From: Azolla caroliniana
Lineage: Eukaryota > Plantae > Polypodiophyta
DNA length: 17,861 nt
Assembly: GCA_043228905.1 (NCBI GenBank)
Contig: JBHGNT010000681.1
Span: 1-17,861, forward strand
Direction of reading: 5' to 3'
Positions within the stretch are counted from its first letter, which is position 1, and every line of letters begins with the position of its first letter. Below are positions 8,608 through 17,861 of this stretch, piece by piece. The notes under the pieces were generated by a model that did no database searches, was not told where the DNA came from, and worked only from the letters and a program-made list of their open reading frames with translations. The position numbers and the translations under genes are program-made.

Positions 8608-11600
8608 CTACAATGACAAAAACACCCAAATTACGATTTTAGAAAACACTAAGATTGCACCACCGAGCAGGTCTTTTAATTGCTAACTACAATACCTTGA
8701 GTGATGTATCACATGACAACATAATTTATCACAAATATGTCATGAAATAATTAAACAATCTAGAGTGTATATAGGACTACTATATGTCATGATATATCAT
8801 GGAATAATGGCAAATTACTATATCTCGAGTGATGTATGACATGAAAACATAATTTGACACGATATGTCATGGAATAATTTTAGGTTCTAGGGTGTATGTA
8901 AGTTTATGAACTCCCAAAATATAAAATCATCTATGTATATTACCTTCTTGGAAAAGTAAATGAACACAATTTTGCCCACATAATAAAATTAAAGTAATTA
9001 TCACCCCCACTCATCCTCACCAACCAGACCATGCAACATTTTCACCCAGTCATAAATCTCCTACTCATGCACAAGTCATAGCTATCGGTCTCTAAAATTA
9101 TCTTTCTCTTTCTATTGACCAGCTGACCTTATCTCTGCACATTAATACATTTTGTATCCTACTTAATACAATACCCTGAACACAAAATAGATATATACAT
9201 TATTGGTGTCCATGAGAGACCGAAATATGATAAATACATTATTGGTGTCCATGGGCAGCAGGGCCGAGTCCATGGGAAGTATCAAACTTGGATACTCTCT
9301 CAATTTCATGACTTTGGATGCTACAGTTTAAACCACCAATGTGGCAGTTAGGCAGAGGAAGAGAAGATGCCAGCCCCTACATTCTGCAGTGGCATCTAGT
9401 GAAGTAGTGGCACATTGTGAGATTTGAACTCAGGTGTATAAATTAGTAAAAACTTGCATCACCACAACAAGGATACAGGCCTAATACAGCAAAAAGAAAG
9501 AATTAGGAAAGCGCCAATTGAACCATACTTGAGATGGTTGTGTCAACTGTTTGGAGAACTTGAATACAAGTAGTATGATATACCAATGTGTCATGTAGTG
9601 TAGGCAAAGTGGTCCATGGTGGAGCAAAAGTATGCGAAAGTAGGGATTTGAACCTGTGACCTTCTGTGATGGGCTTATAGTTTGTCATTAGGGCAAGTCT
9701 AATATAATGAGTAAAATAAGAAAACATATACCTGAAAATTATCTCCAAAGGGAACATCGTGTAAAGTCCATTCTTCATCGACAATAACCACGTGTCCATT
9801 CCGTTTGGTAGTCTTCTGCTGGATGCATGTGACGTTGGTCCCAAATAACGATATCTGATTACTTAGTTTGAAAGAGACTCGTCTTTGTTGAGCATCATTA
9901 CCCATAGACTCCCATGGAGTTGGACAGAAACACAGCCATCCAACATTTTCAGCTATTCTTTCGTCAAGATTCTCCTTCTCATATACTTGGGTCATCAAAC
10001 TTACCTATTGAATTTCAAAAGCATGTATATGGCAGGTCAAAGAAGCACACATTATACAAGAGAGAATATAATTCAAAGAGCAAAATACAGTCAAAGTAGA
10101 CAAAAATGCCAGAAATATTATCACCGTAAAATATTCTATAAATACATTATTGGATTGTGTTCTATAATCTAGAGTAATTTCTTGCATTACTATTGTGGTA
10201 TGTGATTGGCATTGGTACTTGATGTGTGGTGTGTTGTGTGTTGTGTGGTGTATGTGTCGCATGTTGCCTGTTGCCTGTTGTACGTGTTGTGTGTGTGGTG
10301 TGTGTGCACAAGCAATAAGTTCAATTTTCTACTCACAGAAAGGGGAAGCTCTGTAGCATAAACTTCTGTGAGGTTAACTTCATCTACTCCTACAAACGTA
10401 TCAGTTTCTTCTACTTGTCCATGTGTAATTATACTGCTGTCATCACCCTGGTCAATATCTGCAATCATTTCCATTTGTTCTTCAGGACTAAGTGTTCGAT
10501 ACTTCCATAAAGCAATCATCGTTCTGGGCAATAAAATCTACATTTATTAGTACAGTTTCATAAATTCATAATTCATCAAAAACCCATTCATGTATAAAAT
10601 AGCTTTTATTAACAGTGGACCAGGAAAAAAAACACCCAATTAATTGTCTTGTGATATAATTACCATTGCATAGAGTGTTAGCTAGAAACCAAGAAATATA
10701 TATTAATGCCTTTATAAAGGGTCAAAATGACCTAGATTGAACAAGGAATTGAACTACCATTCAACAACATATCATTTTCCTTGATCTTTGTATTCAGATT
10801 CATTAATAATCTTTCCCTGCATTCTCTCCTTTTCCTCTTGAATAATTGGCATTACCTTAATGTAAACTAAAATCAAAGCTTATAACATCTAACTGGTGCG
10901 ATAAGCAATTTGCATGAACAACTACATGGTATGAGGATGAACGTAATGGAGAATACAAACTTATCATGATATGTGACGCCACCACAGAGATAGAGGACAC
11001 ATCATAAAATTCTGCTGGACATACTTTCAAGAATTGAGATCCAATGGCTCCCAACTATCATGATTGTTCATATGCTACCAAGATCTAGGGTTCCTTTATG
11101 GAGAATCTGGTAAGTAGTTCAGTAAAGATATATATATTTACATGAGCTGGGTCAATTCAGGTTCACGAGAAGAAAATTTACCGCTGCATTACTGAATGTT
11201 TTTAAGACATTAATGCACTGCATCTGCAAGACTATAGAGACATCTCATTGCACTTGAGATGTTCAACATGGGGATATTAAGGCGAACTTTCGAAAACCCA
11301 GGGAAACAGTTTCCAAATAGTTGGAGGGTGACACATTACTAGAGCCACATCTCTTGGCCGAACTATTTGAGCATACCACATTCAAACAGTGTGTGGCTGA
11401 CCTCCTACCACATGAAGGACATCAGTTTTTCATTTCTTTATTTTTTTCTTAACAGAAATTTCCGCCAGTTAGACTGGTAAGAATTCATATCATTGTATGC
11501 ACTGTTCTGGTGTCATAAGCCAATGGTATCTTAACCTGCTGAATGTAAGGACATAATTGGCGCAAACAAAGGAGAGAGGAACTAAAATGGCAAGCCATAC

Positions 11601-14600
11601 TACATCTCATATGCATTCCTGACATGGTATTGGATGTGCAATCACTCATTTCCGACATTTTTCTTGGTCAGATTCTAGAAAACCATTACAGTAGAAAGAT
11701 TTTAACAGTAACATTGAATCCGTTAACTACTTTTACTTTGCATGGCGATGCATGAGATTGTCATCACCATACCTCCGATGCCACAATGAGGTGTTATTTT
11801 TGTTCTTTCCTGACATTATTTAATAAACTTCTTGTTTGCGCTGGATTGAATCAGTCAAATGAAATTGCATGGCTAGTGTGAAATAAACAAGGCTACTGGA
11901 GTAGGCAAGGGCAGCAAACCCAGACAGGGTTTTTAGGCAACATGCTCTGGTTTTTTGCTTTTAAGACTTGGGCTTGGTCCTCTATTAATTATTAATAAAG
12001 AAAAACCAAAAGGGACTCCAGTCTTTGGGGCCACATGGTGTCGACTTCTTGTCAAGGAGCAGCCTAGATTCCTAGATGTGCAGTTGGACTTCTTCTCAAG
12101 TGGTGCTATTTTAGCAAGGTTAGTGGTTTCATTAGCGTCTACCTGCATCTCAACATTCCACCAGTGGTTTTCCATCTGATAAGATTCATTTTCTTTGGAA
12201 TGCAACTGAAATTGCTGCCACGAAGCTTTTCAGAAGGCAGCAACTTCAGTTGCACTGATCTCTTGATTACTTCGTTTCACCAACTTAATTGTCATTTTCT
12301 TTACTCTAATGCTAAACTGCTTTAGGAAGTGAAATTAGCATACATTTTCTCAGTTTATCTTTCTGGTTTGACAAGCCAAGAGTAGCAATGTAATCATTGA
12401 TTAGAGACATCGGAACATCTTTCTTTCTCTTCTTTTTATTGCTCATGTTGCATCCTGTTGTTGAGTTTTCTTCGGGCTATTACTTATCCTCTAAGGCACA
12501 TGGGTTTTGCCTTACAGGAAGCAATCAGATTGCTCCCTTTTTTCCTCCCACATTGTACTAATGTGACAAAATTCAAATTATGCTTTTAGTTCATCTTCAC
12601 AAGAGTTTGGATTATTGATGAAACATGAACTTATGAATGTCTCCAATTTCACTTTACTGAGTTTTAATATATTTTTCTGTGTTTTTTGGAAACAGTTTTT
12701 CCTAGCTGGACATGTATATGTATGAGGTAAAACACATGGTTTGATTGAATCTATGAGTCTCCAGTTCATGTTCTAGTTAAGCAGTATTTAATTTAAATAA
12801 GAAATACATATGAGGATGTTAGGCCAATAGTCATCAGTATAACCTGTTTTCCATATTTATGATATGATGAAAGCTAATTGTGTACTTCACAACCCTTCTG
12901 GAAACTAAAGGTGAGGTTCAACAGTAATGTTTCATGTATAAAAATAAATCAACCTTATATATGTAGATGTGTGGGATCTAGAGCCATTAGATCACATTTA
13001 GAGTACTTTGCGAAGGATCATAGTTGACATGCAATATCCTTTCTACATTCATTAGTAGCTAGATCTCAGTACTCCTTCTATTCCTCTTTACTAGAACTAT
13101 GGTTGAAGGAATAGGCCACACTACATTAGCAACCTAACAATTTCACAAAGCAAATAACTCATCCTTACCTATAGGCAGGCTTGTAACGAATGAATGATTG
13201 GAATTGGAACTTCAAACGACCTTTTGGATCCACATTCTTGGCTCCATGATGAGCATCCATTGCTCTACCTTTTCTAGTGAATACTAAGATTGTGGGGTTA
13301 AGCAATGTGCTCACAGCACCCAAGGTAGGTGTTGCATCTTTTATTTCTTCTATATCTTCCCATAGGAGTGTAAACCTTGTCTTATGCCCAAAGATGTTTG
13401 AATAAAATGCCAAAACCCTTGGAGACAAGAACAACCTTCCCTGTAGTGAAAAGCACAAAATGGTGTCAACTGAAACGAAAACTGAAGGCTGCATTAAACA
13501 AGATAACCCCTTAATCAAAAGAAATGTTTCAATACGAAAGAATAGCAAAATAAATGTGACTGAGGTTCAAGAATAGGATGGCCGGTTCACCTCTGAATGC
13601 AACAGCAGACATTCTGGTTCAAGCTACTTTATTCACATAGAACGCACTTTTCTAAATATGAAGAACGTATGAAACTTCTAGGATTTTCCAGAAATTTTAT
13701 TTCCTATGAGACAATTAAAAATAGAATCATGAAATGAAAGTACCAAACAAACAGAAACAGAAAAGATATGCCCACCTGGAGAAGGATCTTTCTCTTCAAA
13801 GAGCATGAAAAATCATTCACCAAAAATTCCTCTGATGGAAGTCCAAATAGCCTTTGAAAGGAAGCATTCTTCATGAAAGATTGCCTACTAATCTATAGAG
13901 CTAATAAACAAAAGCTAATCAGATAAATTCAGCCGGTAAGGTAATCTTATTCTTTGTTGGGAATGTCTAATTTCATACCTTCCTGCCCACTTCTTTCTCT
14001 ACTTTTTGAATGTAATCAACTGCACTGGTTTCTTCCTTTGTGTTCACTAGAACAATCCGTAGGTGAATTTTAGCTCCTGGGGCACGGGCATATTGACCCT
14101 GTAGATAGACACAAAAATCAGCTAGATCCTCAGGTGATTTCTTGAGGAAGTTTATCTCTGCATAGCCAACCGACTCTGCTTCAGTGAAGGGACCCTCAAA
14201 ATTGAAAACTTTCACATTCATGATTGATGGTGCCTCTTCAGTCGCATCAAACTCAAATTTCTCTGCATGGAATGGAAAAGAAAACCATGAGGCTGAGTAA
14301 GCTGATACATCGAGAAAAATAAATACACAAAACAGTCCTTATTTTTCCTCAAAACATTTCCTAGCATAATCCAAATTCCCAAAGTACCCCTCATTTTCCA
14401 AAATCTCCAAAATATTACTTTCTACCATTTCTACCAAAGACGAGACAACACTTAAGATGTAATCTCTTATTTGGTCTTATAGGCCATTTTGGCCTCTTAA
14501 AAGACGTTAATATATCTTTCTTTCTTTCTACAGCATTTCCCTCAACATGAGAGATGGGAATTGTATGAAGAGCGGCATATCTTGGGAATGATTCTGAAAA

Positions 14601-16279
14601 TGAGAGGTACTTTAGGAATTTTTAGAATATGATTGGATTTTACGAATTGATGAGAAATGAGGAGCATGTTGGTAAATTTCCCATATATAATTTACTTATT
14701 TACTGATATATTCTACCTTCCCATCTTGGATTGGAGGTTTGCATCTTCACAGAACTTCTTCTCGATTGTCCAGCACATGTGAATACAACAAATGGATCTG
14801 GGGAACCTCCAGTGTCATTAGGTGCTGGTATATTTTCAGCTCCCACAAGTGTAACTCGTAGCAACCATCCGTTACCTCTTGCCTTAACTCCATGATCAGA
14901 ACCTAAGAGCCTCCAACCTCTAAAACTTCTAGCATAATATACAATCATACAATAAGACAAACACATTAAAGACTTATTTTACCTTTATACGTTCTTGCCC
15001 TAGAAAACTTTCTCACAGCATCAAAAACATGTTTAATTTGAACTCCTAGGATAGTCGCAGTGACAAACTCATGCAATGTGTCTGGCAAGTCTATATTCCA
15101 AAACTCAAGCCCACTTTTCGGTGACGGCTTTGAAATACATATGTGCACCAAAATGATGAAGGTGGTCAATAGGACGAGGCATATTCTAAGATCCCAGAAA
15201 TATTCTTTTGCAATCTGAAAGTCGGTCTTAAGTATCCTTACAACTCCATCTGATTTCTCTTGTTGAATAAGTTCTACAGTTTGTGAGCCTTGGGACAACA
15301 CTCTTGCATACTTTTCTAGGACTTGAGAAAATTGTTTGTAGCTATCTTGTAGGCCCTGTCGAGCGCCATTCTCAATAAAGCTCTTCATGATTGTATTGCT
15401 TAAAAAGTGAAGGTTCCATGACACTTGAAGGAATGATGTCTTCTCACCTGTGCTAAGATCAGGACCAGCAAATAGACAATATTGAATCTTGATTCGGAAA
15501 GTGTTCCCATAGGGAGCATCAGGAGTGCTTGCCAACACATTCACAATGAAACCCTTTTCATCTGCTCTAGTATAAACCTGTTCTTCAGTTGCCTTCACAG
15601 CTTTAATCAACCTCGTGGCTGCTTTAACACAAGTGATGATTCGTTTTGGTAATAATCTATCTTCACCTTTTTTCCAAGGTCCTTCATCCAGTTCAGTATT
15701 CTTTTGTAACTCTGCCAAGTCATATAGAAACTGAGATCCAGGTCCAAATAGGATCCTATTCAGCGACTTCACACTCACAGCATAATAACCATCAACTAGA
15801 ATTCCTCCTTCGAGAGGAGGTGGTAGATCTCCCCGTGAAGATGACACAGACTTTCCATTGTCATCAAAGAACAGCGATATTGATCTGTCAACCTGTTCAT
15901 TTACTGCCTTGTTGGTTTCATCAGATACATGAGATTCTACCATTGTAACTGTTTCAGCGGTTTCTATTTTCAAGAGAGATGGAAAAACCTTAGCTGGAAG
16001 CCATCCAGAGATTTGCTGAAGAAAAGAGGGGCTTGAATACTGGTAAGAATCTGATGTGTCATCAGGTGAATACATTATATTTCCTGATTGAAAAGAATCA
16101 GAGGAACTGGATTGAGGAAGATAGGAATGGTCTGGTGTACTCGGGACAGGTGAAGAAACACTGATACCAGATGACGGGAATCTCATTAACAAAGGATTAG
16201 GATTCAAAGTTTTGCCAGATAGCACGAATCCCAGTCGTATTTCACCTGTAGGAAATCCACTAATGAAATGAATTTTGGC

Positions 16280-16336
<57 letters not shown>

Positions 16337-17463
16337 GTTTTCCTTCATGACCATACTTGATGTTCAATAATCTGATGCAAATCGTACCATTCTAGAATTG
16401 TGTCTTTTTAATCTTATTTACTTAATCTCTCATTCTGCCAACGATATCTCAAATATGAATGGGCCAAAACATAATCCATTAAGTTGTGGTACCATAGGGA
16501 TAGCTCTGAGAAGGGAGTTCAAAATCAAGCTGTCAATCAATTTAAGTCAGGAAATTCCCGATAATTGCCATCCTGGCTACTCTGGAATTCCATGTTCTTT
16601 TGGCCATATTGGCCATGAATGAATCTATCTTTAAGACATTTAAAGATCATTGTGGAGCCATGGTTTAAGGCCAGGCTAATGGCCCTCCTCAAGAAAAAGG
16701 CCTTGCCATAAAAGATTTTTCAAAACGCCCATTTATACAACATTTTCAGAAAGTCCATTTTCAAAAAGACAAGAAACCTGTTCTATATAGAGCATATCTA
16801 TCACAAAGACAAGAAACTGATTCTATATGCAACATCACAGAAACACGAGACAGGAAACATATATCATAATAAAGAGAATGATGATAAATAGCATCCAATG
16901 ATGAGCACACACTTAGCATTACAACATATGTATAATGAAATAAAATGATGATAGTTAACATCAAACGATGGTCTCACACTAAAAATCACATGAACATAGA
17001 ATCCTGAAGAGGGTGCCACGAAGGATTTGGACTCACCAGTAACTAAGGATTTGGACTTTCTACTGCTCCGATCCTGAAGAGGGTACCACAAAGAAGGTAA
17101 AACCTGCTTGTGGGCAGCAAAAACGGTGGAAACAGAGATGACAACCCGACCCAAGAAAATGTCAGAGATTCGATCTCTGTTCCACAGGGAGATGTGAATC
17201 TCTGCTTCAAGGTCATCTACATTGAAGGTAAACTCTTGGAACCAGTAAGGATCAAATGATGAAGATGATAATGATGACGATGATGGTGGTGGTGTGGGCG
17301 GTGATGATGATGGTGATGATGACGATGTTACTGTTGATAATGAGGAAGGGGCGATGGAACTGTTCTGTTTGAAGCTACCCATTTTCAGATGGGCATACAC
17401 TTGAAGTGGGCGATCGATGATTTTGAGGTTTCTTGCCTCCAAGAGCTGTACTTGTAGCTTCAT
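8392..17463 (-). CDS. C2 and GRAM domain-containing protein (C2-VASt-TM-C2-GRAM-VASt; At1g03370/At5g50170-like), 9 coding exons, about 1074 aa
   Basis: Exons: 17463-17037, 16245-14983, 14902-14717, 14262-13979, 13892-13776, 13440-13169, 10523-10337, 10004-9732, 8607-8392. All introns are GT-AG with consistent phases, and the total is 3225 nt (1075 codons including stop). Motifs: C2 (LLEARNL...DPYWFQEFTF...FLGRV), VASt (DAPYGNTF), GSDHGVKA.G.GWLL.VTL, GRAM (EEFLVNDFSCSLKRK.LLQGRLFLS) and a second VASt (LHDVPFGDNF). Confidence 0.93.
8699..8900. repeat. Diverged direct repeat (about 75-bp units, 128-bp period) in intron 8
   Basis: gagtgatgtatcacatgacaacataattt...atatgtcatgaaataatt (from 8699) versus gagtgatgtatgacatgaaaacataattt...atatgtcatggaataatt (from 8827). 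Confidence 0.75.
9633..9698 (-). mobile_element. Possible tRNA-derived (SINE-like) remnant in intron 8
   Basis: The minus strand AAGGTCACAGGTTCAAATCCC contains a Pol III B-box/T-arm (GGTTCAAATCC, 9654-9644). The A-box is degenerate and there is no intact cloverleaf. Confidence 0.35.
9732..10004 (-). CDS. C2/GRAM gene exon 8 (second VASt domain)
   Basis: CAATAG|GTA gives VSLMTQVYE...LHDVPFGDNFQ; donor CAG|GTATAT; 273 nt, phase 0/0. Confidence 0.85.
10193..10309. repeat. GT-rich low-complexity tract in intron 7 (CA-rich on the transcript)
   Basis: tgtgtggtgtgttgtgtgttgtgtggtg...tgttgcctgttgcctgttg...tgtgtgtgcac. Confidence 0.7.
10337..10523 (-). CDS. C2/GRAM gene exon 7
   Basis: CCCAG|A completes Arg and gives RTMIALWKYRTLSPEEQ...; donor TCT|GTGAGT. 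Confidence 0.9.
13169..13440 (-). CDS. C2/GRAM gene exon 6 (GRAM domain)
   Basis: CTACAG|GGA gives GRLFLSPRVLAFYSN...; donor AG|GTAAGG; phase 2. Confidence 0.92.
13776..13892 (-). CDS. C2/GRAM gene exon 5 (start of GRAM; not in the ORF track)
   Basis: TATAG|ATT gives ISRQSFMKNASFQRLFGLPSEEFLVNDFSCSLKRKILLQ; donor CAG|GTGGGC. Confidence 0.9.
13979..14262 (-). CDS. C2/GRAM gene exon 4 (second C2, C-terminal half)
   Basis: Acceptor TGCAG|AG gives WEEKFEFDAT...; donor AAG|GTATGA at 13978. Confidence 0.9.
14374..14620. mobile_element. Decayed MITE-like inverted repeat in intron 3
   Basis: aattcccaaagtacccctcattttc (14374-14398) matches the reverse complement of 14596-14620 at 23/25 positions. 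Weaker symmetry extends on both sides, and a central aggccattttggcct palindrome is present. Confidence 0.55.
14717..14902 (-). CDS. C2/GRAM gene exon 3 (second C2, N-terminal half)
   Basis: Acceptor TTAG|GT TCT gives GSDHGVKA...; donor G|GTAGAA at 14716. Confidence 0.9.
14983..16245 (-). CDS. C2/GRAM gene exon 2 (end of C2, Ser-rich linker, VASt domain, TM helix)
   Basis: Acceptor TACAG|GT restores GEIRL; donor G|GTAAAA at 14982. Confidence 0.92.
16283..16328. repeat. (TC)23 microsatellite, (GA)23 on the transcript, in intron 1
   Basis: Perfect dinucleotide run. It explains the spurious RERERE in the ORF track. Confidence 0.97.
17037..17463 (-). CDS. C2/GRAM gene exon 1 (N-terminal C2 domain)
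   Basis: ATG at 17463; donor G|GTGAGT at 17036; phase 1. Confidence 0.9.
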
Positions 17464-17626
17464 CTTCTGTATCAGATAATTAGGGTTATGATCACAGAGA
17501 TGGAGAAGGCGCGGTTGAAACAGGGAAGAAGATCATTGACGGGGGATTTGAACCCATTCCACGAATTGGGCGAATCAGGTAACCAAAAAAAACATGCATC
17601 AGAAAGGGTAAAAGAAGACGTAGCAA

Positions 17627-17677
17627 AGCGATGGCAATGGCGATGGCGATGGCAAATGAAGAAGAAGAAGAAGAAGA
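17627..17677. repeat. (GCGATG/GCAATG)n and (GAA)n simple repeats in the 5' leader of the C2/GRAM gene
   Basis: gcgatggcaatggcgatggcgatggcaaat followed by gaagaagaagaagaagaaga. Confidence 0.8.
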
Positions 17678-17740
17678 TCGAAAGATATGAAGAAGCAGGG
17701 AAAACCTGCACACACAGAGATCACGGACAACATCACCCCC

Positions 17741-17822
17741 GCCACGTCATCATCATCATCATATCATCATCATCGGGATCCTGCCGAGTCAGCTGCCACC
17801 TCATCATCCCTTCTGCCACGTC
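17741..17822 (-). promoter_or_regulatory. Cluster of ACGT-core bZIP (G/C-box, ABRE-like) motifs in the putative promoter
   Basis: GCCACGTCA at 17741-17749, GCCACCTCA at 17795-17803 and GCCACGTC at 17815-17822, about 280-360 nt upstream of the ATG. Confidence 0.4.
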
Positions 17823-17861
17823 CTCTGCCTTTTCATTTGCCTTTTTTTGGCCTTTTCTCAC

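Noticed and set aside
9633-9698. Functional tRNA gene
   Set aside because: Only the T-arm/B-box is recognisable. The acceptor stem and D-arm do not pair.
10857-12769. Short ORFs inside intron 6 (10857-11054, 11933-12205, 11955-12179, 12578-12769) as nested genes or extra exons
   Set aside because: No recognisable domains, and exons 6 and 7 join in frame (PAYR-TMIALW) without them.
16246-16354. N-terminal MVMKENLCVRERERE of the 462-aa ORF as real protein
   Set aside because: Intronic (GA)n read-through. The spliced model joins exon 1 at 16245 and restores the C2 GEI strand.
17542-17554. GGTTCAAATCCC B-box-like motif in the 5' leader
   Set aside because: An isolated short match without an A-box or tRNA structure.

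Overview
Eukaryotic, land-plant-type genomic DNA. A non-seed plant such as a fern is plausible, but that is only inference. Two convergent genes flank a transposon-rich gap. On the + strand is an intronless 326-aa PGG-domain transmembrane protein gene with no ankyrin repeats (2045-3025). On the - strand is a complete 9-exon gene of about 1074 aa with a C2-VASt-TM-C2-GRAM-VASt architecture, like Arabidopsis At1g03370 (17463 to 8392). The left end looks like the 3' part of an LTR retroelement: a PPT, an LTR start and a frameshifted extra ORF. It is followed by a three-armed foldback/MITE-like element (1439-1910). Between the genes lie a 168-bp tandem duplication and a heavily decayed DUF7869/Sola-like DDD transposase pseudogene (about 4184-7250, - strand), which the ORF track shows only as fragments. 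A hAT MITE with an 8-bp TSD (4271-4966) interrupts that pseudogene. The C2/GRAM gene has several fine-scale oddities: an AG|GTAAGT recursive-splice-like exon start, an intron 5' end copied from its own exon, a 19-bp intronic hairpin and a duplicated 3' end. All exon boundaries and translations were read by hand; no database search was run.
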